A stretch of DNA of 63,933 nt, counting the filler, from Lenisia limosa (lineage: Eukaryota > Protista > Breviatea): NCBI GenBank assembly GCA_001655205.1. It is 13 parts of 13 records of this genome, joined end to end, with 100 filler letters (N's around TTAATTAATTAA, not from the genome) between each part and the next. Parts side by side here need not be neighbours in the genome. Positions count along the whole stretch, not along the records: positions 1 to 7,847 come from LPNZ01009521.1; positions 7,948 to 14,318 come from LPNZ01008968.1; 11 more parts are not named here. One strand, written 5' to 3'. Under the pieces are notes generated by a model. It searched no databases and was not told the origin of the DNA. It worked only from the letters and a program-made list of their open reading frames with translations. Positions 1 to 9,404 of this stretch are shown here, in pieces. Position numbers and translations under genes: made by a program. Positions within the stretch are counted from its first letter, which is position 1. The number at the start of each line of letters is the position of its first letter.

Positions 1-179
1 ACCTATACCGTAAAAGCCCGAATATAAGCAACCATTTTCCCATTTTTGGTTGCTTATATTAGGGCACGTGCCCTAATATAAGCAACTTTTCAGAAAAACA
101 GTATTTTTGCCTGGGCACAAATTTAAGTTTTTAAGGTCAATTTTTTATACAAGGTACCTTTTTATTCTGTAACTTGAGT

Positions 180-638
180 ATGTCTGTTATTGTTCTTAAT
201 CCTTCTGGTCGAGTCAACAACTGTCTTCTGCAGTGTTTCTCCGTTATTCTCTTCCTCGAATTGGGGAAATTAATTTCAGCATCCGAGCTGAGACAACTGG
301 CTCTTGAACTTTGTCATGGAAAACCGAAACCGAGATTGGTAACCGAGGACACCATTCAGGCCCTTGCTACCTTTGACATGCTAGGTGAAGATGTCATCCA
401 TGTTTTGGCGTCTCATTTCAACATTTCAATCAAAACTGTGTTTGCTGATGTCGGTAACACCTCCATTCGTGGAAGGAGAACTGACAAGATTGTCAACGAA
501 GAGTATCCTATTGTTTTGAAGGCAAGTCACTTCGTGATTGAATTCTGCGAAAACTTACAGGTAATTTTTTTTGCTACTAAAAAGTTCAATCAGACGATGA
601 GGTCCAAAAATCTAGCTCTAACACCCATTCTATTTTGA
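180..638 (+). CDS. OTU-like cysteine protease domain ORF inside the transposon
   Basis: Motif order GRVNNCLLQCFS...ASELRQLA...MLGEDVIHVLASHFNISI...PIVLKASHF resembles OTU (GNCLF..., LR, WGGxxEIxAL, IxLxxxHY); ATG at 180; possible GT donor at 561. Confidence 0.55.
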   Translation: MSVIVLNPSGRVNNCLLQCFSVILFLELGKLISASELRQLALELCHGKPKPRLVTEDTIQALATFDMLGEDVIHVLASHFNISIKTVFADVGNTSIRGRRTDKIVNEEYPIVLKASHFVIEFCENLQVIFFATKKFNQTMRSKNLALTPILF

Positions 639-689
639 AGGAAACTAAATCTCCAAAAGGTTTGTTTTAAAGTTTTTCACATCAAGACA

Positions 690-856
690 GAAAATCCAAA
701 GCCGTTGAAAAAAATGTTATTGGTGTCAAAAAATCCAAAGCCGTTGAAAAAAATGTTCTTGGTGTCAAAAAATTTAAAGCCGTTGAAAAAAATGTTCTTG
801 GTGTCAATAAATTTAAAGCCGTTGAAAAAATTGTTCTTGGTGTCAAAAAATCCAAA
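690..856 (+). repeat. 39-bp tandem repeat x~4 between the OTU-like ORF and the transposase
   Basis: Unit AAATCCAAAGCCGTTGAAAAAAATGTTCTTGGTGTCAAA; reads (KAVEKNVLGVKKS)n without stops in the transposase frame. Confidence 0.9.
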
Positions 857-919
857 AAGCATTATAGGTTTTTATTTTTTGATGACTCTCAGAAGAATGA
901 AAGTGATGAAGACATCGAT

Positions 920-2089
920 TTGGAAAGGGGTTCAGTTCAAGAAAATCAAACAAAAATTCAATCCAGTAGGAAATCCTACTCTATCGAAAAGAAACGTGCT
1001 ATATTAAAATCTGTTGAACTCATTGGGCGGAAAAGAACGATGGAAAAATTCAAAGGAATTAATAAGTCAATGATATCACGTTGGGTCAGTCAAAAGGATG
1101 CAATATCCAGTGTTCCTTCAAAGCGTAAGGTGAGGATTACCTCAGACTCTCCTCTTGGTCGAAAAACAACCTTGGGAGATCTTGAAGTTCAATTAATGGA
1201 ATGGATTCGATCACAACGACGGAGGGGACGCCCGGTTTCAATTGAAGATGTGAAGAAACAATCTAATAGGTTGAGTGCCAGTCAACCCTCGTTAAAATGG
1301 ATTCGTGGTATACTGTCTCGGAATAATTTTGTCTATCGAAGAACAACTCATGTTTCTCAAAGCAGTAAGGTCGACCCTGAGGTTATTTTGGAATTCAAAA
1401 AATTTGTTGACCGGCAGCTTACCAGATTTTCAGAATGCAATGTTGGTAATATGGACGAAACCTCCCTTGAACTTGTTCCTAATATCAATATGACTTTGAA
1501 TCAAAAAGGGTCTTCAACAGTAACCGTTGTGCAACCGAAATCGCGACTTCGCATTACCATTCTTCTTGCTATCAGTTATTCTGGAAATTTCCTCACACCT
1601 GTGATTATTTCAAAGAGAAAAAAAGACGATGGGAAACGATACTCTGGTGTTTTAGTCTATTTTCAAGAAAAGGGTTGGAATAATTCAGAGCTTTCAAAAC
1701 GTTGGATTGAAGATATTTGGATTCCCGAAATAGCAAAGTCGAAATTCTTCGGGGTAAAAACTCCATCACTTCTGGTTTGGGATTCTTTTGCAGGCCACAT
1801 GGTGGAGGAAGTGTCCACATATTGCAAGAAAGAAAATGTGAAGCAATGCGTTGTCCCTTCGGGTTACACCTGGTTACTTCAGCCACTTGATGTTGCTATC
1901 AACAAAAAGTTGAAAGCAGAAATGAGGGCCCGTTTTTCTTCTTGGATGGAAACCCACACAGAAACCACAGTGGGGGGTAACCTAAAGTCACCTTCAATAG
2001 AGTTATTTTGTCAATGGCTTTCTGAATCGTTGAAGCTTTTTCCAAGAAAGAGATCAAAAATTCCTTCACTTGCCTCTTGCCATCACTAA
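920..2089 (+). CDS. pogo transposase (HTH + CENP-B-type HTH + DDE_1, DD35D); natural C-terminus appears frameshifted at T5 2037-2041 and would end at 2232
   Basis: GNMDET, LLVWDSFAGH and LQPLDV motifs with 35 residues between the 2nd and 3rd Asp; frame open upstream to 671; the alternative frame after 2041 gives SKKEIKNSF...DDPFEVDADSFVELSFLD*. Confidence 0.92.
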   Translation: MERGSVQENQTKIQSSRKSYSIEKKRAILKSVELIGRKRTMEKFKGINKSMISRWVSQKDAISSVPSKRKVRITSDSPLGRKTTLGDLEVQLMEWIRSQRRRGRPVSIEDVKKQSNRLSASQPSLKWIRGILSRNNFVYRRTTHVSQSSKVDPEVILEFKKFVDRQLTRFSECNVGNMDETSLELVPNINMTLNQKGSSTVTVVQPKSRLRITILLAISYSGNFLTPVIISKRKKDDGKRYSGVLVYFQEKGWNNSELSKRWIEDIWIPEIAKSKFFGVKTPSLLVWDSFAGHMVEEVSTYCKKENVKQCVVPSGYTWLLQPLDVAINKKLKAEMRARFSSWMETHTETTVGGNLKSPSIELFCQWLSESLKLFPRKRSKIPSLASCHH

Positions 2090-2553
2090 TAAAACACAAG
2101 GTTGAAGATTTATTAGCCGATGTAGACAAAATGGATGCTGGAAGAAACTTCTTTTGTGACACTTACACTGATATTGATGATCCTTTTGAAGTAGATGCTG
2201 ATTCTTTTGTTGAATTAAGCTTTTTGGATTAATATAAAATGTCCTTATCTTTTTCGACAAATGTGTGGGAAAGTTGCTTATATTAGGTAATCCGAGTTGC
2301 TTATATTAGGGCAATACCCTAATATAAGCAACTTTTAGGGTCCAAAGTTGCTTATATTCGGGCTTATACGGTATATATATTAAAAGGAAAATTGATGAGG
2401 CAAAAAAAAACAAAAAAAAAAAANNNNNNNNNNNNNNNNNNNNNNNNNNNNNNNNNNNNNNNNNNNNNNNNNNNNNNNNNNNNNNNNNNNNNNNNNNNNN
2501 NNNNNNNNNNNNNNNNNNTCGCAAAATTATCCTTTCATTTTGTATATTGTGTT

Positions 2554-2653
2554 TAGGCTTCACTTTGGGTTGAAAGATGGAATGAATATTTCGATAAATC
2601 CTCGTAAACTATCGATATTTTACTGGTCTTTATCGGACCGAAGTGAAGACCTA
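2554..2653. mobile_element. MITE family A copy (hAT-like)
   Basis: TAGGCTTCACTT...AAGTGAAGACCTA hairpin; flanks attgtgtt/tttgtgat (6/8 match). Confidence 0.8.
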
Positions 2654-2690
2654 TTTGTGATCATAAAACTGCCACCCCCACCTTGTGATG

Positions 2691-5600
2691 CTTCCGACAA
2701 GAAAGTCTCCCGGGAGCCGAAATCATTGGACTCTGGGGGGGGGGGGTAAAACGAAGGAACTTTCGATGAAGAATACTGGCGTAAAGGTACTAATCACGAA
2801 CCGCGAATTATCAATGGACGCTGGGGGAGTAACTTTGGAAATTTTATGAAACAAAAAAGCCTAAATCAACTCTGTTTGCTGACAACACATGATGAAGAAA
2901 GGTACTATTGAAATAATATACGATATGGACCCTGAGAGGAAAAATCTCTACCGCAAACCATCGGCAGCGGATTTGTTTGGGCGCAGTCGTTGCTTATTCT
3001 GAACAACTAATCGCGGCGAGAGGAGTGTTGTGCTGAAATATGGTGAAAAATGGAAAATGATGCATTGTTTCCCTAGATTTCTTATAATATTTCTCTTTTT
3101 CAAAAAAAAAAACCTTGCACTCACAAAATGAATGACATGGTATACCCCAAACATACTTTGCCTGAGGAGGGACGGGCATAGGGCGGTTGTCCTAAAAGAT
3201 CAAATGATAATCAAAGTAACGGGAAATAGAAGGAAATATCTCCACAGCAAACAAAACATAATTTCTGAATCGGATAGGTAATAAATTGTAGTTGATAGAA
3301 AATGACCCTCAAAGCTATTTTTTTTAATGAAGATATGATGGCTGTGCGACAAATCTTGGTAAAACTATCGAAATACAGTGACCGAGATAAGTCTTGACCG
3401 ATTTACCTGGGAGACACATAGCAAATCGGTCAAGACTTATCCCAGTTACTGTATATCACATAGCAAATCGGTCAAGACTTATCCTGGTCACTGTATATCA
3501 CATAGCAAATCGATCATGACTTATCCTGGTCTGTATGTATTATGAATATGATACCGGTTAACTGGGATAATGTTTGCAAACAAATTCAATTTCCCGAAAC
3601 GCACCGGGCATAATTCCTCCGCTAAGCTCTTGGAGCTGCCTTCTCACTCCCATCATCACAATTCCCCTCACTACCCCCCCCCCCCCCCCCCCCNNNNNNN
3701 NNNNNNNNNNNNNNNNNNNNNNNNNNNNNNNNNNNNNNNNNNNNNNNNNNNNNNNNNGGTTTGCCAATGATGATATCGAGCCCTGGAGAGGAGGGAGTAA
3801 AACAAAGGAAATTACGATGAAGAATCATGGCGTAAAGGTACTAATCACGAACCGAAAGTAAAATTGAAAAATTGATGAAACAACTTGATAACAACAAAAC
3901 AAACAAAGCCCAAATCAAATTGGTTACAACACACGAGGGTTGACACCAACAAAAACAAAAAAGCCTCGGCCAGTAGTTTCTGCAGCACACCATCCCATCA
4001 CTTTAGCGTATGGGGGAGGGGTGAAAAGAGTTTGTGGTGTCGTATACAACAGCAACGCCATTATGTTGAATATTATGTTAAAAATTTTGTTGAACACAAA
4101 CCTTCTCTATTTCTAAAAAAACCCATTATGTTTGAACATTTTGTTGAACATTAACCTTCTTTATTAAAAACCAATTCGCCTGGATCACACCTTTCTTTTG
4201 TTATGGGAGCCAATTACCACGGGGGGTATCCACAACAAAATACGGGTAGACTATAATCATATCCTTGACCCCCTTTACCCNNNNNNNNNNNNNNNNNNNN
4301 NNNNNNNNNNNNNNNNNNNNNNNNNNNNNNNNNNNNNNNNNNNNNNNNNNNNNNNNNNNNNNNNNNNNNNNNNNNNNNNNNNNNNNNNNNNNNNNNNNNN
4401 NNNNNNNNNNNNNNNNNNNNNNNNNNNNNNNNNNNNNNNNNNNNNNNNNNNNNNNNNNNNNNNNNNNNNNNNNNNNNNNNNNNNNNNNNNNNNNNNNNNN
4501 NATAAATTTATTACATTACTTATATTTCAAAATCTTCCCTCCCTACCAGACACAAGGCTCTCAGAACCCGGTGAAAACGGCCCGGGCGGTGTGGACAATG
4601 ATCGGGCAATACCGACAGCTGGGGGGGGAGGGGGAGTAAAGCGAAGGAAATTTCTATGAACAATATTGGCGTAAAGGTATTAATCACATGATAAAAAAAC
4701 TCAAACAAAAACAAGCTACATATATCATAATATATTCGCATGGGGGGGTTATACAAAAGACCAGAGGGGTTGGGTGTTTGCATTATAAAACAAAGACAAA
4801 CCTGGGGGAGTGGCCAAGCTAGGAGTTACTGATCTCTGATTTGGGGGGAGGGGTGCTGGTCCTAAAGAATGAAGGATTGGAAATGTTGAAAATTAATAAA
4901 AACAAGGTTGTATCCGGCCGAAGCCGTCCACATCACGTTTAAAGAGATTTTAGATTTTTGTTATCAACACCACAGCATTCTGTGTTGATTAATATCATAT
5001 CTACTACATAACCCTTCAACACCATCATAACTACTCAATATGTTAACCCATATCCACTAGTAATATGATCATATGACCGACTTTCAAGTCGAAATGATGA
5101 ACAAAGATAATAGAGGGTTCATTCCGAGTGTATCATTGACACTTGTCGGTCATTTATCATACGAGTGGATATTTGGTATCATATCACTGCGTGAAAACTG
5201 ATAGTTCTCACGTGTGAAAATGATTCAAAAAGAGAGATGATATGACATGAGATACACTTTACACATCATTTGGTTGATCAAAACAACAATATTCTACGAC
5301 TATTATTATATCACCCGTCAACACCATCATATCTATGATATACTTTACAGATCATAGAGGATTTATAGAGATATTGAACCCCTACGTATTCTTGATCAAC
5401 ACAACACCGACAGACCTTTTTGCGAGGCATTGAGAGGAGTGAGAGGTGTGAGCGGAAAAGACTCATTTGCACTGGGCGGGCTGGGTAGAACGGAAGGACT
5501 TGGCGAATGTTCGAGTGTAGATTTACTGCCACAGTTGTTTAGCAACGGAGGGATTTCGAGTGCGGGTGGAGGTGTAGGGTGGCGCGAGATGGAGGACAAA

Positions 5601-7289
5601 TTGGCAACTGTCGGTTAGAAGAAGACAAAAAGGTGGGGTGAGGGGGTAAGTTTCATACACAAGGTTGCATCTGGCCGAAGCCGTCCAAACCATCATGCTT
5701 ATTAGAGATATTGAATTATGGTATCATTTAATTCCTCCAATCATTTGCCTTACAACTCTGTGATCAGAAAACCGTATTGTATTTCTCCTCACAAAGAATA
5801 AATATCATAGGTGGTGAGGAGATGGATTATCATGCAAGTAATGCTTCACTGAGTTTCGAAAAAAAACTGAATTTATCGATATTTTGCCGTTTTTTTTGAA
5901 CCGAAGAGAAGCCCCACTTGCACATAAAAACTTTGAGGAGTATTTGCAAAAACCCAAACCTGGTGGAGAGATCATCTCAGTGGGATAGGCGGATGATTGG
6001 GAATTCATCGTCGCAAAGTTGGACGTTGGAGCCTTTGGAAGGGGGGGGGGGGTAAAATTGGAAAATTTNNNNNNNNNNNNNNNNNNNNNNNNNNNNNNNN
6101 NNNNNNNNNNNNNNNNNNNNNNNNNNNNNNNNNNNNNNNNNNNNNNNNNNNNNNNNNNNNNNNNNNNNNNNAATGATGGAAGTTTGAAACATATATGCAC
6201 CAAAACTATCGATTATTTACAGGACTATTTGGAACTGAAGCCAGAGGTACTGGCCTTTCATACCTGCTGCTGTGGGAAGATTTTACTGAGACTCGTGGTT
6301 TCATGGATAGTGGATCTGAGGCTAGAGCGTGAACAGAATTCTATTAAAAACAACATAATGGATCAATTAAAATATAAGGTAATAAATAGGTTTTTGAAGG
6401 GGAAAAACAAAACAGATTTTATTACATTAGACTATATTACTAAAAATCTATCAAAGGTAACATAAACTAAGGTAATAAAATCTTACTGGTAAAAAGAAAA
6501 TGACATTTGAACTAGAACTATAACCAGAGCTTCACTTTCGGTTTCAAAACAGAATAAATCCTCGATAAATTCTCGATAAATATCGATATTTTCCGGTTTG
6601 TTGGAACTGAAGGTAAAGCTCTAACCATAAACATAAATTACCAGGTCTCCTCATCAGCCATTACAAAGAGTGAGCTTGCGGAAAACGATATATAATTATA
6701 CCCTTTAAATGCTATCAACCCCCCCCCCCCAAACGTTGGAGCGGACGGTTCACTCCAAAGCCGAGCAGTGTACAGGGTAGTTTTTGTCGGCCGTCGTAGC
6801 ATTATCTCCACCATACCACATGCACCAGTTCGAACGGTTACAATATTACCGTCTGGCGGTAAATGGAAAATAGTAGAATCGAGGAAAAGATACACTGACC
6901 AGGATAAGTCTTGACCGATCATGAATATCGGCCAACACTTATACCAGGTCCCTGTAATATATTTTGAGGATAATAAAATAGAAGACTTGAAACAAAAGTG
7001 CTTGCAAACCTACCCTTAACATAGGACTCTTCGGTGAACGGCTTCAACACGCTGAACTTGGTAACTGGCCGGATGGGGTAGGCTTCACAAAGGCCACAAA
7101 GACTCCAATGTGCCTGGGAGGGGGGGTGAGTAAAATTGGAAAATGTATGAAACAAAGAAGCCCAAAGCAACTATGTTGACAACATACACGGGTTGAAAAC
7201 AACAATAAAACCCAGGCCAGTTGATTCTGCAGCACCGTATAGTAAAAATGCAGTATTTTAAGAAAGAAATACCCAAACAAGAATCAACC
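2691..7289 (-). CDS. Multi-exon gene of unknown function (partial, signal-peptide-like N-terminal part)
   Basis: Small exons bounded by C-run-AG acceptors and GT donors, e.g. 7289-7273 spliced to 7113 gives LILVW-AHWSLCGLCEAYPIRP; further exons near 6890-6735, 5610-5415, 4619-4545, 2723-2691. Confidence 0.5.
2747..2810 (-). repeat. Intron 3'-end repeat family C (also ~3797-3853 and ~4636-4690)
   Basis: TAAAACGAAGGAA(A/C)TTTCGATGAAGAATA(C/T)TGGCGTAAAGGTACTAATCAC occurs three times, each directly beside a minus-strand acceptor. Confidence 0.8.
3376..3451. mobile_element. MITE family D (Tc1/mariner-like, 29-bp TIR CAGTGACCGGGATAAGTCTTGACCGATTT, TA flanks)
   Basis: TIR pair with 3 mismatches and TA on both sides; other copies ~6891-6956, 23565-23646, 30128-30230, 34243-34320, 52850-52897, 59171-59233, 60326-60402, partial 16324-16364. 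Confidence 0.85.
4902..4956 (+). repeat. Dispersed repeat family E (AACAAGGTTGTATCCGGCCGAAGCCGTCCACACCATCACGCTTATAAGAGATATTGAATTAT)
   Basis: Copies ~4902, 5659, 9762, 13352, 26606, 27364, 38030; reverse copies ~30550, 50594, 60631, 60995. Confidence 0.8.
5181..5230 (+). repeat. Dispersed repeat family F (CATATCACTGCGTGAAAA-TGATAGTTCTCACGTGTGAAAATGATCCAAAA)
   Basis: Reverse copies ~29078-29130, 54034-54086, 59260-59293. Confidence 0.7.
6526..6623. mobile_element. MITE family A copy
   Basis: AGAGCTTCACTTTCGG...GAAGGTAAAGCTCTA with internal TATCGATA; flanks actataac/accataaa (6/8). Confidence 0.75.
7114..7272 (-). repeat. Intron composed mostly of repeat family B
   Basis: Minus strand GTATTTC...TACGGTGCTGCAGAATCAACTGGCCTGGG...TTTCATACATTTTCCAATTTTACTCACCCCCCCTCCCAG; splicing keeps the reading frame. 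Confidence 0.7.
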
Positions 7290-7847
7290 CTGTTGGGGGG
7301 GGGGGGNNNNNNNNNNNNNNNNNNNNNNNNNNNNNNNNNNNNNNNNNNNNNNNNNNNNNNNNNNNNNNNNNNNNNNNNNNNNNNNNNNNNNNNNNNNNNN
7401 NNNNNNNNNNNNNNNNNNNNNNNNNNNNNNNNNNNNNNNNNNNNNNNNNNNNNNNNNNNNNNNNNNNNNNNNNNNNNNNNNNNNNNNNNNNNNNNNNNNN
7501 NNNNNNNNNNNNNNNNNNNNNNNNNNNNNNNNNNNNNNNNAAAAGTCAAAGCTGACAAACAAAAACCCCTCAAACAAAGTCCAGAAGGGGAAGGTAGTAG
7601 GGGTCAGGCGCTTGTCCTGGTTGAACTAACGTATATCGCAACACTACAGGGTTAGGAGTGACAACGCGGAAGTATGGTAGAGATGTTTTTTATGGGACCC
7701 ATAGCTATGTATGTATTTATTTGTTTTCCGGAATTTAATTAATGTAGTTTTCTACTTGTGTATGGTGCTGCTATGTTTTATGATATTTAAACGGTCTTTT
7801 TTCGGACCGTAGGGAAGCCCTAATTACGCGATATCCCCCCCCCCCCC

Positions 7848-7947
7848 NNNNNNNNNNNNNNNNNNNNNNNNNNNNNNNNNNNNNNNNNNNNTTAATTAAT
7901 TAANNNNNNNNNNNNNNNNNNNNNNNNNNNNNNNNNNNNNNNNNNNN
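7848..7947. other. Artificial scaffold spacer N44-TTAATTAATTAA-N44 (12 in the window)
   Basis: 12-mer with stops in all six frames at 7892, 14363, 15529, 22453, 26550, 33091, 37553, 39923, 49363, 50697, 61505, 62720. Confidence 0.98.
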
Positions 7948-8019
7948 TAAAAATGGAAATTTGTTGTTATCGACAAATTCAGTTATTTTCAAACCGAAGT
8001 GAAACCCTCATAATATTCC

Positions 8020-9373
8020 CTCTTAATTACCCTCGCACCGTCAACTCGCTTCTTATCACTCAGAAGGTCGATCGTAATGTACCTGAGTTGCGGTGATATC
8101 AAAAAATACGCAATAAAGAACAACAGACATAATATAGACATACAAAAAATGAGTTGCCTACTTAAAATTACCTCTCCCCAAATAAAATATTATGAAATGA
8201 AATATTAAATCAAAAAACTCAACAAAAACAAATAATAATATAATAATAAAAAGAGTTGCCTAGTGCCAACTTAATTGGAAGGTCTCTTCTAGCCGACGTC
8301 GGCAGTTCCGGGATGAAGTTGGTTCTTTGTTCCTCAACTGTCACCTCAATCGGTTCCGAGGAGAGCTCTATAAGTGGGTAAAATTGACAATTTATGTAAC
8401 AAATAAAATAATATTCCAAAATCAACTCTGTTGGCAAGCAACACTTTCGATAGCCGGTCAAGGGCTTCACTTCGGTTCAGAATTTCTTGAAAAATCCTCA
8501 AATCCTCACGATATTTTATAGGTCTTTTTCGAACCGACGTTAAACCCTATTCAGATGATAATATCACAAGTGATATGGGTTAAAATACATGTACGATTGG
8601 AGATTCCCCAACCAACTTTTCGGGCAATACTCAGAGGACACAATAATGGTGGTGTTGGTATTCTAAAAAAATCAATCCCATTACTTAGGGCTTCACTTCG
8701 GTTGGAAAAAAGACTGAATTTCTCGATAAATTCTCGAAATCTAGATATTGTAGAGTTCTTTTTCGAGGAACCCAAATTCTAATGAATAGTATATTATAGC
8801 AATGTGAAATAAAAAACAAGGTTGTATGAACAGTCAATCTCATGAAGAGAAAAAAGGTAAACGGAGAAAACAGTAAATCAGGATGTCGCTGTATTTACAC
8901 TTGGGCTTCACTTCGGTTTAAAAAAACCCTGAAAAATAGATGAGAGGTATCGACAAATTCAGTCTTTTTTCGAACCGAAGTGAACCCATAATTTACACCC
9001 ACTGACGGAAAGGAGTGCAAAGGCTCCGTTACAAATGCGAAACTCAGCAGAACCGCAACCCTACGGGGGTTAAACTGGAATATTCATGAAACAATAGCCC
9101 TAAGGAGAGTAAAACTGGAGAATTTCATATTAATAAATACTACGAAAAATACCAAAATCAACTCAGCCCTAAGGGGGTAAAACTGGAAAACTTATAAAAA
9201 TATAAATTAATATGACATGTATTATACGCCCAAAATCAACTCAGCCCTAAGGAGAGAAAAACTGAAAAATTTATGAAAATATCACCATCACCATCACCAT
9301 CGTCGTCATCATCATCATCATCATCATCACCATCGTCATCATCATCACCATCATCATCATCATCACAACCACC

Positions 9374-9404
<31 letters not shown>

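Larger units (their letters stand above)
8..2371 (+). mobile_element. Complete pogo-superfamily (DD35D, Passer-like) DNA transposon, ~2.36 kb
   Basis: 25-bp TIRs CCGTAAAAGCCCGAATATAAGCAAC (8-32) and the reverse complement at 2347-2371 (24/25 identical); TA on both flanks (6-7, 2372-2373); internal DDE_1-type transposase; subterminal GTTGCTTATATTAGGGC palindromes at both ends. Confidence 0.93.

Noticed and set aside
677-1007. ORFs 677..862 (-) and 705..1007 (+) with 13-aa repeats
   Set aside because: Off-frame and antisense readings of the 39-bp tandem repeat
8-2371. Idea that the pogo element mobilises MITE families A or D
   Set aside because: Their TIRs (TAGGGCTTC..., CAGTGACCGG...) do not resemble the pogo TIR CCGTAAAAGCCCG, and family A shows 8-bp TSDs
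4198-4659. ORFs in the supplied track containing long X runs (many across the window)
   Set aside because: They are open only because N gaps hide stops; not evidence of coding
7892-7903. Recurring TTAATTAATTAA motif (12 times)
   Set aside because: Always centred in exactly 44+44 Ns; an artificial six-frame-stop scaffold linker. No synteny can be inferred across it.
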